Below are positions 1-11,693 of a DNA stretch of 64,000 bases, piece by piece (within the stretch, counting starts at the first letter, position 1; every line of letters starts with the position of its first letter). The DNA comes from Balanoglossus misakiensis (Eukaryota; Animalia; Hemichordata), in assembly GCA_040954595.2 (NCBI GenBank), contig CM082591.2, positions 5,301,009-5,365,008 of the forward strand, in the 5' to 3' direction. A program made the position numbers and the translations under genes. The notes beneath the pieces are model-generated. The model did not search any database and had not been told where the DNA came from. It saw only the letters and a program-made list of their open reading frames with translations.

Positions 1-3000
1 TTTCATTTGAATATAGTAGATAAACCGCCCAACCATTAACAATGTGTAATTAAATTTTTTCGAATTTTCCACAAATCATAAAAAGGTTTCTTTAAAACGA
101 TAAGAAGTCATATCTTGAAGAAAACATATTTAAATAAAACATATGGTTTCATAATCCTATAAGCCTCATTAGCTGGAATCAATTGCTCACTATACCGATA
201 CTATAGTAGCCCACAACGGTCACATAGTCGACAAATGCATTCGAGACTCACAACCCAAAAGTATATGTACATACAATATATTGTGTTATTAAACCGAATA
301 TTGGACATTATATCGTCCTTTTGAAATTGAGTTAAACAAGACGCCGCAGTTGATAATAAAAAAATCATAATGAAAATAACAGAAACAACTTATGTACTTC
401 AAGATACAGGATTTGTAAAAACAACAATTTTTCATTAAATTCATAATTTCTCCCAAGTAACCGAGATTCTTGTAAATTTATGTAAGGATACTATTTTTTG
501 CGAAAAATTTAATAAATGATAATTCATACACAGTAATATTTATCTCCTAATTAGTATGTTTTTAAAAAAAAAACCTTTAAATATATTTGAATACAATTGA
601 AAATTTTACAATTTCTTTTCTCTGTTAATAGAGGATGCTATAGTTTTGTAAGTGTGAATGCTATCAGTTTGGCAGATGGCTCGATATTTTACACTGTTTA
701 TGCATGCGTACAAATGGCAGAGACCATCTGCATATTCTTACGTCTAGATCCTCTTGTAATTTTAGTAATTGAAATAAGTAGGTTCGCAACTGCATAAATT
801 ATCGCGAGAACCTGTGTAAGAGGAGCTATGTATATTGTATATAGCTGTCTACGATTTGAAATACTTGCAAACAGAAAAGCTATCTTAGCCCAATTTTACA
901 AAGTTAACATCGCCAAGCAATGTAAAGACTGCGCACTAAAGTATCATATCAGGTTGCTTTTAAACTTTCATAAGTGTTCGCATCTTGAGTTTCTGGAGAT
1001 AGAGACGCGTACACAGCTTCCGTCCCATCGGCCACTGCAGCGTTTACATTTACATGTCCGGATTGGGCTTGATCATAGCCAGTCGTCGCTTGTGAAACGG
1101 AGGGGTCAGATTGCAGGTCTCCTAAATCTATGTCGGGCCCATTCCCTGAGGCTTGTTTAGCAGCATCCTGATTATCATGTGGTTTTCTTCCCCGCTTATG
1201 GCGACAGTGTCTTATTCCAAACAATAATCCAACCAGCAAAGCAGCTGTGAGAATGCCGAGAAAGAATCCGATCACCACCCCTACAAAGCCGGTAACAGAC
1301 GGGACATCTGTGTTATCAAATGTAGTATGCGTTGCAACAACGGTTTTCTCAGAGTGTGTTCCTGTTGATGGTACGGTTGTTTCTGTGGATATGGTCGTTA
1401 TTGTTGGGACCACATTATTTCCCTTGACTGTTGAAGATAACGGGACAGTCTGGTCTACGTCACGGATGTTTAGTACCCTTACCCCCAACGATGTCCCTTC
1501 TGCGTTGGTGGCCACGCAGGAATACGAACCCGAGTCTGCCATTTCAACGGATGAGATCAGGAGGCTCCCGTTGTCAACCTGAACCAACTTTTCATGCGAA
1601 CACGCATTCTGCATTTGAGGGTATACAGCCTCCCCACCAGGGGTGAGCCAATATTTAAATGGGTCTGGTACACCTACTACGTCACAATCCAGAGTTACAT
1701 CGTCACCCACGTCGGTGATTATCACTTCGAATACTGTCACAGTGCTAAATACCGGAAGTGGACAACACGTCATGTTGTCCGGTGGTATTTGCAATAACTC
1801 ACGTCCTGCAAGATGATCTGGTGAATTACACACCGTTGGTAAATATCCCAAATTCAATCGATGACTGTTGTCATCCAGCCACAGTCTGAAATCTCGTAAA
1901 CGGCAGTCACACGACCAAGGATTATCGTTAATGTATAAATAACGTAATTTGTCAAGTCCATGGAAAATGTTGCCCGGTAAAGTTGTGATGTCGGTACTGT
2001 ACATATCCAGTCGCTGCAGGTGACCTAAGCCAGCGAATATTTTCGATGGCAAAGTCATAATTGGGTTTCTAAATAAGTAGAGGTAAACCAAATTCGTTAA
2101 CCCATTAAAAACGGTTTCGGGTAGTATAGTTAGTTGATTATCGTACACATACAACGTATTCAAATTTCCCAGGCCCCGAAATAAGTTTTTAGGCAATGCA
2201 TTAATTTGATTGCTGTGTAAATAAAGAGTGCGAAGATTTGTCAATCCATCAAATAAATTTTTAGGTACACACGTTAATTTATTACCAGACAAATAAATCG
2301 TTTCGATGTCTGTCAGTTCATGGAAAATTCTTTCTGGCAAATGGGTGATTTGATTACCATATATGTAAATGGTTCTTAGTTTGGATAGATCCTTGAAAGT
2401 GTTCTCTTGAAGTGTCTCGATACGGTTGGACCACAGTTGAAGATAAGTTAAACTGTTCAGACCAATGAATGCATCTTCGGCTATATAGTAAATTCTGTTT
2501 CTAAACAGCTCTAGCCGTATCAATTCTGAATAGCCGAGAAATGATCCACTTTCAATTCTAGTTATTTTGTTGTGATTGAGTGCAAGTATAGTTGTGTTGT
2601 ATGGTACATCTGAAGGGATTTCCGTCCAGCCTCGGTAATTACAATTGACATCCGTGCCCGAACAAGAGCAGTTTGTTGGACATCCTTGAGTTTGCCGAAG
2701 TAGTGATAAAGCACAGAAAATGAAACCCAGTCCACACAGATATGACATGTCGATGAGTGATGGAGTACTCTGTGGGCAGAATATAATATATATTCAGTTA
2801 TTTTCACATAATTTCTTTAGTTATGTACCGTTCTTAAGATGTCATGGTGGTATTTATTGCGGGTTGTGTGCATTGAAATTGTTGCTGATACACACGCATT
2901 CGATCTATGAATGAAATGATCTTGCACAACAACACACTTTGAAAATCAGTCGTTGTCTGCAAGATTTGAATGATTTTAATATTCTGGCAAATGTCACGGA

Positions 3001-4135
3001 ATATACAGCGTTTTATGTGGGCTGGTGCAGCTCACTGGTTTTCTTTGGAGATGATGAATAAAGTAGTCTTTTCCGGGTTCAAAGGTCCGTGACCGAAGGA
3101 TGACAATAGGTACAATACCAGGCTGTGTGCCGATATGAGGTGTGCCGATATAACAAGACGTGCTTAGGCTTGGTAAACAATGGCGGATCTCTTTCACTCT
3201 CTTCTCACCCAGACACATTTAAGAAGGAATAGAAGCAGATATGACGTTTGTTTGGGGCTCTGGCACAAATAAGCAATTTGCCAAAGATGCAAAATAGAAC
3301 TCAAGACGTATCAAGAAGTGGTTTATACAAGCCGTCGTTGAGACGTGCACAGCGGTTTCGTGCATACAAAACCGAGTGTCGTGTCCAAAGTGGGTAATAG
3401 CACCCGACGGAACAGTCAGATGTTCCAGCTTAAAAACGGGCAAACCTGTTAATTTGATCATTTTGGTATCATGAATGCGACAGCAAATAGTTTGCCAGAC
3501 AGATATTTTGTTGTTGACACTGACTCATAGCTCTGGCGTGATTCTAATGTCCACAGATGACCAGTTCCATTTGCCAATTCATGCGTAACCAAGTTGTTTA
3601 CAAGGGCGCATTGAAAAGTGGAATTTTGCATTCCCCTAATTTTGTTTATACTCGTAGGCTATATGAATAAAAGCCAAAATTCATTTAATATTCGCGCTTC
3701 ATCTTGTTGTCACATACAATCTCAACTGAAATCGCTGCATGTGATAAACTTACATAGTGATAGAGTTTATGCTGGTATGGTTGGAAAACAGATCTGATAA
3801 TGCTCAACGACAACAAAAATACTTACGTTGACGATTTGTATAATGAATGACAAAATTTTAACTGTGTGGGTAAATGTGGGTAAGACTTACCCTACAATGT
3901 TTCAATGTGCTTAGACACAATCCAGCTTATGCCAGTGTTCTTAGATAGACTCGTGACTGTCCCTGTGCGGTGCTGTCGGCAAGTTTTTTTCTATAAAGGG
4001 TGGGGCAACAAGCATTAGGTAAATGGGAGCAATTATTCACTTTCATGACCCCATGTCATGACGTTTACATCCTGGTATTTCGCGGGGATGAATTTACCAT
4101 GATTTGAAAGTGAACTTTTGAAACAAGTAAACCAC
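1..4135. repeat. Segmental duplication unit containing A1
   Basis: Base 1 (tttcatttgaatatagtagataaaccgccc) recurs at ~4783 and ~14304; homology runs through the gene to aagtaaaccac (~4135, ~8914, ~18567). Confidence 0.92.
949..2748 (-). CDS. LRR-Ig-TM receptor, type A copy 1 (A1); VLR-like/LRRIG-type ectodomain
   Basis: 599 aa ORF: signal peptide, LRRNT (CPTNCSC..C), 9 LRRs mostly of 24 aa plus NPWSCDC LRRCT, Ig domain (VTLDC..W..DSGSYSC), Thr-rich stalk, TM (VVIGFFLGILTAALLVGLLFGI), tail ending YASL-x9-YESL. Confidence 0.95.
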   Translation of the reverse strand: MSYLCGLGFIFCALSLLRQTQGCPTNCSCSGTDVNCNYRGWTEIPSDVPYNTTILALNHNKITRIESGSFLGYSELIRLELFRNRIYYIAEDAFIGLNSLTYLQLWSNRIETLQENTFKDLSKLRTIYIYGNQITHLPERIFHELTDIETIYLSGNKLTCVPKNLFDGLTNLRTLYLHSNQINALPKNLFRGLGNLNTLYVYDNQLTILPETVFNGLTNLVYLYLFRNPIMTLPSKIFAGLGHLQRLDMYSTDITTLPGNIFHGLDKLRYLYINDNPWSCDCRLRDFRLWLDDNSHRLNLGYLPTVCNSPDHLAGRELLQIPPDNMTCCPLPVFSTVTVFEVIITDVGDDVTLDCDVVGVPDPFKYWLTPGGEAVYPQMQNACSHEKLVQVDNGSLLISSVEMADSGSYSCVATNAEGTSLGVRVLNIRDVDQTVPLSSTVKGNNVVPTITTISTETTVPSTGTHSEKTVVATHTTFDNTDVPSVTGFVGVVIGFFLGILTAALLVGLLFGIRHCRHKRGRKPHDNQDAAKQASGNGPDIDLGDLQSDPSVSQATTGYDQAQSGHVNVNAAVADGTEAVYASLSPETQDANTYESLKAT

Positions 4136-5732
4136 ACTCAGATTACTAACGTTTTGTTCTAGCAATGACACGGTTACCTTTCGCCTCAGTAGGGAATCCA
4201 AGCCCAGTTCATAGCTGCGCTGTTTGCAGTGTGTAATTAGCTTTGTATTTCCACATTTGCAATCAACACCATCTCTTTAGTTAAATTATTCGGAATCGGG
4301 ATAATATCCATGCTCATTTTTCATCATAGGGCCAAATAAAAAAAAAATTGCTGTTCCGATTACCCGACCTACCCTAATTTAACCCGCCCACCCTACACTT
4401 TTAGAGCTTCGTAAACCTGGAAGTAAAAATATCGATGTCAATTTTTTGAAAATTGCGCGAATCGAGTACTATGACGAAATCGCGCGCATCACGCAAGAAC
4501 CCATGCTTTGCAAATGAGATGGAATGTATTCACATAGTGTGTTCATAGCCTTAAGACATATCATTTATTAACTGATTAAATTAAATTACAAAATAATTGT
4601 TTGTATGTTAATAATTAATGTATATCATATGCGTTGGTTCATATCCTATACATGTAAGATTTATAGTTATACAAATACATGCAAAATGGTAAATTCAGTA
4701 AAATGCAGAGACAGCGTGTTACAAAAGATAGGGCATAACACGCTCAGTCAGTCAAGACATAATATAATGAAATTAACCATAGTTTCATTTGAATATAGTA
4801 GATAAACCGCCCAACCATTAACACTGTTTAAATTTCTTCGAATTTTCCACAATTCATAAAAAGGTTTCTTTAAAATGATAAGAAGTCATATCTTGAGGAA
4901 AACATAGTTACATAAAAAAGGTGGTTTTTATAATCATATAAGCCTCATTAGCTGGAATCAATTGCTCCCTATACCGATAGTATAGTAGCCCACAACGGTC
5001 ACATAGTCGACAAATGCATTCGAGACTCACAACCCAGAAGTATATGTACACACAATATATTGTGTTATTAAACCGAATATTAGACATTATATCGTTTTTT
5101 TTAAATTGAGTTAAACAAGACGCCGCAGTTGATTATAAAAAAAATTATAATGAAAATAACAGAAAAAACTTATGTACTTCAAGATACAGGATTTGTAAAA
5201 ACAACAATGTTTCATTAAATTCATAATTTCTCCCAAGTAACCGAGATTCTTGTAAATTTATGTAAGGATACTATTTTTTGCGAAAAATTTAATAAATGAT
5301 AATTCATACACAGTAATATTTATCTCCTAATTAGTATGTTTTTTTTAAAAAAAACTTTAAATATATTTAAATACAATTGAAAATTTTACAATTTCTTTTC
5401 TCTGTTAATAGAGGATGCTATAGTTTTGTAAGTGTGAATGCTATCAGTTTGGCAGATGGCTCGATATTTTACACTGTTTATGTATGCGTACAAATGGCAG
5501 AGACCATCTGCATATTCTTACGTCTAGATCCTGTAGTAATTTTAGTAATTGAAATAAGTAGGTTCGGAACTGCATAAATTATCGCGTCAAGCTGTGTAAG
5601 AGGAGCTATGTATATTGTATATAGCTGTCAACGATTTGAAATACTTGCAAACAGAAAAGCTATCTTAGCCCAACTTTACAAACATCGCCAAGCGATGTAA
5701 AGACTGCGCACTGAAGTATCATATCAGGTTGC

Positions 5733-7526
5733 TTATAAACTTTCATAACTGTTCGCATCCTGGGTTTCTGGAGATAGAGACGCGTACGTATCTTCCGTCC
5801 CATCGGCCACTGCAGCGTTAACATATACCTGTCCGGATTGGGCTTGATGGCCGCTCTTCAGTTGTGAATCGTGGACATAAGATTGTAGGTTTCCTAAATT
5901 TATGTCGGCCCCTGTTGGCGTTTCTGCCTTAGACGCTTGTGCAACAGTATCTCGGTTATCATGTGGTCTTCTTCCCCGCTTATGGCGACAGTGTCTTATT
6001 CCAAACAATAATCCGACCAGCAAAGCAGCTGTGAGAATGCCGAGAAAGAATCCGATCACCACCCCTACAAAGCCGGTAACAGATGGGACATCTGTGTTAT
6101 CAAATGTAGTATGCGTTGCAACAGCGGTTTTCGCAGGGTGTGTTCCTGTTGATGGTACGGTTGTTTCTGTGGATGTGGTCATTATTGTTGGGACCACATT
6201 ATTTCCCTTGACTGTTGAAGATAACGGAACAGTCTGGTCTACGTCACGGATGTTTAGTACCCTTACCCCCAACGACGTCCCTTCTGCGTTGGTGGCCACG
6301 CAGGAATACGAACCCGAGTCTGTCATTTCAACGGATGAGATCAGGAGGCTCCCGTTGTCAACCTGAACCAACTTTTCATGCGAACACGCGTTCTGCAGTT
6401 GAGGGTATACAGCCTCCCCACCTGGGGTGAGCCAATATTTAAATGGGTCTGGTACACCCACTACGTCACAATCCAAAGTTACATCGTCACCCAAGTCGGC
6501 GATTATCACTTGGAAGAATGTGTTGAATACCGGAAGTGGATAACACGTCATGTTGTCCGGTGGTATTTGCAATAACTCACGTCCTGCAAGATGATCTGGT
6601 GAATTACACAACATTGGTGAATATCCCAAATTCAATCGGTGACTGTTGTCATCCAGCCACATTCTGAAATCCCGTAAACGGCAGTCACACGACCAAGGAT
6701 TATTGTAAATGTATAAATAACGTAAGTTGTCAAGTCCATGGAAAATCTTTCCCGGTAAAGTTGTGATGTCGGTATTGTACATATGCAGTTGCTGCAGCTG
6801 ACCTAAGCCAGTGAATATTTTCGATGGCAACGTTTTAAGTGGGTTTAGATGTAAGGTGAGGGATAGCAACTCCGTTAACCCATTAAAAATGGTTTCTGGT
6901 AGTGCTGTAAGTTGATTATTGTATATGGACAACGTATTCAAATTTCCCAGGCCCCGAAATAAGTTTTTTGGCAATGCATTAATTTGATTTTCGTATAAAT
7001 AAAGAGCGCTAAGATTTGTCAATCCATCAAATAAATGTTCAGGTACACACGTTAATTTATTACCAGACAAATGAATCACTTCGATGTCTGTCAGTTCATG
7101 GAAAATTCTTTCTGGCATATGGGAGATTTGATTACTATTTATGTAAATGTATCTTAGTTTGGATAGATCCTTGAAAGTGTTCTCTTGAAGTGTCTCGATA
7201 CGGTTGGACCACAGTTGAAGATAAGTTAAACTGTTCAGACCAATGAATGCATCTTCGGCTATATAGTAAATTCTGTTTCTAAACAGCTCTAGCCATATCA
7301 ATTCCGAATAGCCGAGAAATGATCCACTTTCAATTCTAGTTATTTCGTTGCTCCAAAGTCTAAGTATAGTTGTGTTGTATGGTACATCTGAAGGGATTTC
7401 CGTCCAGCCTCGGTTACCACAATTGACGTCCGTGCCAGAACAAGAGCAGTTTGTTGGACATCCTTGAGTTTGCCGAAGTAGCGATAAAGCGCAGAAAATG
7501 AAACACAGTCCACACAGATATGCCAT
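5733..7526 (-). CDS. LRR-Ig-TM receptor, type A copy 2 (A2)
   Basis: 597 aa ORF with the same architecture as A1; tail contains YVN and YASL-x9-YESL. Confidence 0.95.
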   Translation of the reverse strand: MAYLCGLCFIFCALSLLRQTQGCPTNCSCSGTDVNCGNRGWTEIPSDVPYNTTILRLWSNEITRIESGSFLGYSELIWLELFRNRIYYIAEDAFIGLNSLTYLQLWSNRIETLQENTFKDLSKLRYIYINSNQISHMPERIFHELTDIEVIHLSGNKLTCVPEHLFDGLTNLSALYLYENQINALPKNLFRGLGNLNTLSIYNNQLTALPETIFNGLTELLSLTLHLNPLKTLPSKIFTGLGQLQQLHMYNTDITTLPGKIFHGLDNLRYLYIYNNPWSCDCRLRDFRMWLDDNSHRLNLGYSPMLCNSPDHLAGRELLQIPPDNMTCYPLPVFNTFFQVIIADLGDDVTLDCDVVGVPDPFKYWLTPGGEAVYPQLQNACSHEKLVQVDNGSLLISSVEMTDSGSYSCVATNAEGTSLGVRVLNIRDVDQTVPLSSTVKGNNVVPTIMTTSTETTVPSTGTHPAKTAVATHTTFDNTDVPSVTGFVGVVIGFFLGILTAALLVGLLFGIRHCRHKRGRRPHDNRDTVAQASKAETPTGADINLGNLQSYVHDSQLKSGHQAQSGQVYVNAAVADGTEDTYASLSPETQDANSYESL

Positions 7527-9476
7527 GTCGATGACTGATGGAGTATTCTGCGGGGAGAATATAATAATTATATTCAGTTATTTTCACATAATTCCTTTCA
7601 AAGTTATGTACCGTTAGTAAGATGTCATGGTGGTATTTATTTCGGGTTGTGTTCATTGAAATTGTTGCTGATACACACGCATTCGATCTATGAATGAAAT
7701 GATCTTGCACAACAACACACTTTCAAAATCAGTCGTTGTCTGCAAGATTTGAATGATTTTAATATTCTGGCAAATGTCACGGAATATACAGCGTTTTATG
7801 TGGGTGGCTGCGGCTCGCTGGTTTTCTATGGAGATGATGAATAAAGTAGTCTTTTCCGGGTTCAAAGGTCAGTTACGGAAGGATGACAATAAGTACAATA
7901 CCTGGCGGTGTGCTGATATGAGCTGTGTCGATATAACAAGACGTGCTTAGGCTTGGTAAACAATGGCGGATCTCTTTCACTCTCTTCTCACCCAGACATA
8001 TTTAAGAAGGAATAGAAGCAGATATGACGTTTGTTTGGGGCTCTGGCACAAATAAGAAATTTGCCAAAGCTGCAAAAGAGAACTCAAGACGTATCAAGTA
8101 GTGGTTTATAGAAGCCGTCGTTGAGACTTGCGAAGCGGTTTCGTGCATACAAAACCGAGTGTCGTGTCCACAGGGGTAATAGCACCCGACGGAACAGTAA
8201 GATGTTCCAGCTTAAAAACGGGCAAACCTGTTAATTTGATCATTTTGGTATCATGAATGCGACAGCAAATAGTTTGCCAGACAGATATTTTGTTGTTGAC
8301 ACTGACTCATAGCTCTGGCGTGATTCTAATGTCCACAGAGGACCAGTTCCATTTGCCAATTCACGCGTAACCAAGTTGTTTACAAGGGCGCATTGAAAAG
8401 TGGAATTTTGCATTCCCCTAATTTTGTTTATACTCGTAGGCTATACGAATAAAAGCCAAAATTCATTTAATATTCGCGCTTCATCTTGTTGTCACATAAA
8501 ATCTCAACTGAATCGCTGCATGTGATAAACTTACAGAGTGATAGAGATTATGCTGGTATGGTTGGAAAACAGATCTGATAATGCTCAACGACAACAAAAA
8601 TACTTACGTTGACGATTTGTATAATGAATGACAAAAGTTTAAGTGTGTGGGTCAATGTGGGTAAGACTTACCCTACAATGTTTCAATGTGCGTAGACACA
8701 ATCCAGCTTATGCCAGTGTTCTGAGGTAGACTCGTGACTGTCCCTGTGCGGTGCTGTCGGCAAGTTTTTTCTAAAAAGGGTGGCGCCACAAACATTTGCT
8801 AAATGGGAGCAATAATTCACTTCCATGACCCCATGTCATGACGTTTACATCCTGGCATTTCGTGGGGATGAATTTACCATGATTTTGAAATTGAACTTTG
8901 AAAAAGTAAACCACGCTTGAATACGTGCACTCTAATTGTAAAATGATTTGTTTTGCAAAAGTATGAAGGATTTGAGCAACGTGAAATATGTGACGTCATG
9001 TCAAGAAAACACTATACGGTGCGTGGTCCTTAGTGACCGTAAAGGGAGTCTATTCAGAGGCTATACATTGAAATGCACAAGTGGCCATAAAAGTTTCCAT
9101 TGACATGGATCTGTGTCACTGGACAAAACGTCACCAACCATTGGTGTACGCAGACTCTGCACAAAGGGGCTAAGATGGCTCCCCTTGCCCCATAGTGCCA
9201 TCTGTACTACAATGGTTGAGACAGATCACACGGTACAGCCGTCACACTTGGGGCTATTTACTCAGAACGCACTATTTTGTAGCCCAGCAAATTCATCCTT
9301 TTATCTAAGTGATTATGTTCATCAATAAAATACTTTAATCTTGGTCGGCAAATGCCATGTTTTTGACTTTGTTGGGATTTTAGTACCCATTCCTGCATAC
9401 CACGATAGTTTTGTACTCTTGCAACGGGCAGTTGAATAAACGGGTACTGGACGATACACATATTGAAATGTTGGGT

Positions 9477-11693
9477 TCAGATTTCTTGCAAATCTATATC
9501 AAATCTCTGCTCAGCTGCTGGCTCGACTGTTCTTGGTTTTCTGTCCTCAGACGTAACATCGACTGTGTTGCCTTGGTTGTCAAAACTCACTGAAAAGCTA
9601 CCATGTTTTTCGTAAGTATTTTGAATCACTTTGCGGCGACAGTAGCGGACCGCAAATAGTATTCCCATCGCTGCCAGAGTCGCGAGAACTCCCAGAAAGA
9701 ATCCGAGCACGGCCCACACGAGATCAGAATTTCTCGTGTTTTCCATTGTTGTGCTGGAATGGTTCCCGCTGATGTGTGTGCTTTTGAAGGGTCTCTCGGT
9801 GTCTGCTCCCCCTTCTGTCGCGGATTCTGTAACTGCAGGTACATTACCCTCCGTTACATGCGGGACTTTTGTGCTACTGAATGACACGGTTGCCGTGGTG
9901 ATTGCCAGTGGCATGGTTGTTTTGGCCAACGTTTCCCCAGCCGTTCTAACCTCAGTTGTCGAGACTATAGATGACAGTGTTTGAGATCTACCTGAAGTTC
10001 TCAATAATGAACTACTCTGTTCTGTATAAGTTACTGTGGATGGTTTATGTGATGTTAACGGCGTTGTTCTTTCTATGTAACTTATCGTGGTTGGTAAATC
10101 AGGTGTTGATGTGAATGGAGTGGTATGTTCCATATGACTATTTGTTGATGTCATTGCTAATGTTGTTAACGGCGAAGTCTGTTCTGTGTAACCGAGATTT
10201 AGTATTCTTACACCCACAGACGTTCCCTGTGAGTTCGTCGCGACGCAAGAATACGAACCCAAATCTGACATCTGTACGTTTTGAATGAAGAGGCCCCCGC
10301 CATTTGTACGACCCGTGCTTTCATTCGGACACGTATCTTGCGATGGTAGGCGTACAACCAAACCTGGTGGAGTAATCCAGTATTTATCTGGATCGGGCTC
10401 GCCAACTACGTCACAATCCAAAGTCACGCTGTGCCCTATGTCTGTGGTTAGTGTTCTAACCGGCGTGACGAATACCGGAAGTGGATAGCAAGTAAGATTG
10501 TTCAGTGGTATTTGCAGCACATTCTCTCCCACGTGGGTGTCTGGGGAATCACAAGTCATAGCTGTAGAACCATAGTAAAGTCGGCCATCATTATCCATGA
10601 GCCACGCTTTAAGGTCTTTCAAACGACAGTCACATGACCAGGGATTGTCGTAGAGGTATAAGTAATCTAAGTCATCAAGACCATCGAACACAGTACTCGG
10701 TAGAGTTGTGAGGCTGTTATTTTGTAGGTACAATTTATCCAATTGGCCCAAACCTTGGAATATTTTCAGCGGTAACGTTGTTAATGCATTGAATTCCAAA
10801 TACAGCTGGCTCAACATATTCAACCGTTCGAAAATGTTCTCTGGCATTGACTTTAACGGGTTTCTGCTCAAAGTGAGAAACTGCAGCTCTACCAAGTCAT
10901 CGAATAGCCGTCCAGGCAACGTGGTGATCTTATTAGAGTTTAGATACAGTTTCTCCAGACTTGATAGTCCGCTGAACAGATCGGCTGCTAGGCACGCCAG
11001 TTTATTGCTGGCTAGGTGAAGAGTTTGAAGATGTGCGAGTCCGCGGAAGATACCCGCGGGTAAGTGTGTGATTTGGTTATTGTATGCGTAAATAGCACTT
11101 ATGTATCTCAGGTTAGTAAAGAGGTCCTCCCGGAGCGTCGTGAAGTTGTTGTTGTTTAGACCAAGAGTCTCAATTTCACCAAGGCTCTCGAATATTCCTT
11201 CCGGTAGGACACTCAGCTGAGTGAAACTGACGCTCAGGGATCGTATTTTGCCTAGGCCTTGGAAGATTTGTTGTGGCAAGGAACCCAGGCCATTTCTGTA
11301 CACGTTAAGGTGCAACAGCTCGTGCAGACCGTGGAATATAGTCTCCGGCAACGACGATAGCAAGTTCTCGTTGATGTGGAGAGACTGCAGACGATTAAGT
11401 CCAGCGAACGCATCTTCGCCCATGTAGGTGATGTCATTGTGGTCCAGATGCAATTCCAAAAGTTGAGGATATCCCAGAAAGGAGCCGTTCTCCACGCGAG
11501 TTAGGTGGTTGTAGTTCAGTTTCAGAATGGTCGTGTCAATCGATATGTTGGCTGGGATCTCTCTCAGTTGCCGGTAACTGCAATCGACGCGGGTTTGAAA
11601 GCATGAACAATTGGCTGGACACCCTTGGTTCATTGGCAATAGTGTCACAGTGGAAAATAGCAAATAAACGCCACATACAAATAGGTATGCCAT
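9477..11693 (-). CDS. LRR-Ig-TM receptor, type B copy 1 (B1)
   Basis: 738 aa ORF: signal peptide, LRRNT, 12 LRRs plus LRRCT, Ig domain, long Ser/Thr mucin-like stalk, TM (LVWAVLGFFLGVLATLAAMGILFAV), short tail with no YxxL pair. Confidence 0.95.
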   Translation of the reverse strand: MAYLFVCGVYLLFSTVTLLPMNQGCPANCSCFQTRVDCSYRQLREIPANISIDTTILKLNYNHLTRVENGSFLGYPQLLELHLDHNDITYMGEDAFAGLNRLQSLHINENLLSSLPETIFHGLHELLHLNVYRNGLGSLPQQIFQGLGKIRSLSVSFTQLSVLPEGIFESLGEIETLGLNNNNFTTLREDLFTNLRYISAIYAYNNQITHLPAGIFRGLAHLQTLHLASNKLACLAADLFSGLSSLEKLYLNSNKITTLPGRLFDDLVELQFLTLSRNPLKSMPENIFERLNMLSQLYLEFNALTTLPLKIFQGLGQLDKLYLQNNSLTTLPSTVFDGLDDLDYLYLYDNPWSCDCRLKDLKAWLMDNDGRLYYGSTAMTCDSPDTHVGENVLQIPLNNLTCYPLPVFVTPVRTLTTDIGHSVTLDCDVVGEPDPDKYWITPPGLVVRLPSQDTCPNESTGRTNGGGLFIQNVQMSDLGSYSCVATNSQGTSVGVRILNLGYTEQTSPLTTLAMTSTNSHMEHTTPFTSTPDLPTTISYIERTTPLTSHKPSTVTYTEQSSSLLRTSGRSQTLSSIVSTTEVRTAGETLAKTTMPLAITTATVSFSSTKVPHVTEGNVPAVTESATEGGADTERPFKSTHISGNHSSTTMENTRNSDLVWAVLGFFLGVLATLAAMGILFAVRYCRRKVIQNTYEKHGSFSVSFDNQGNTVDVTSEDRKPRTVEPAAEQRFDIDLQEI

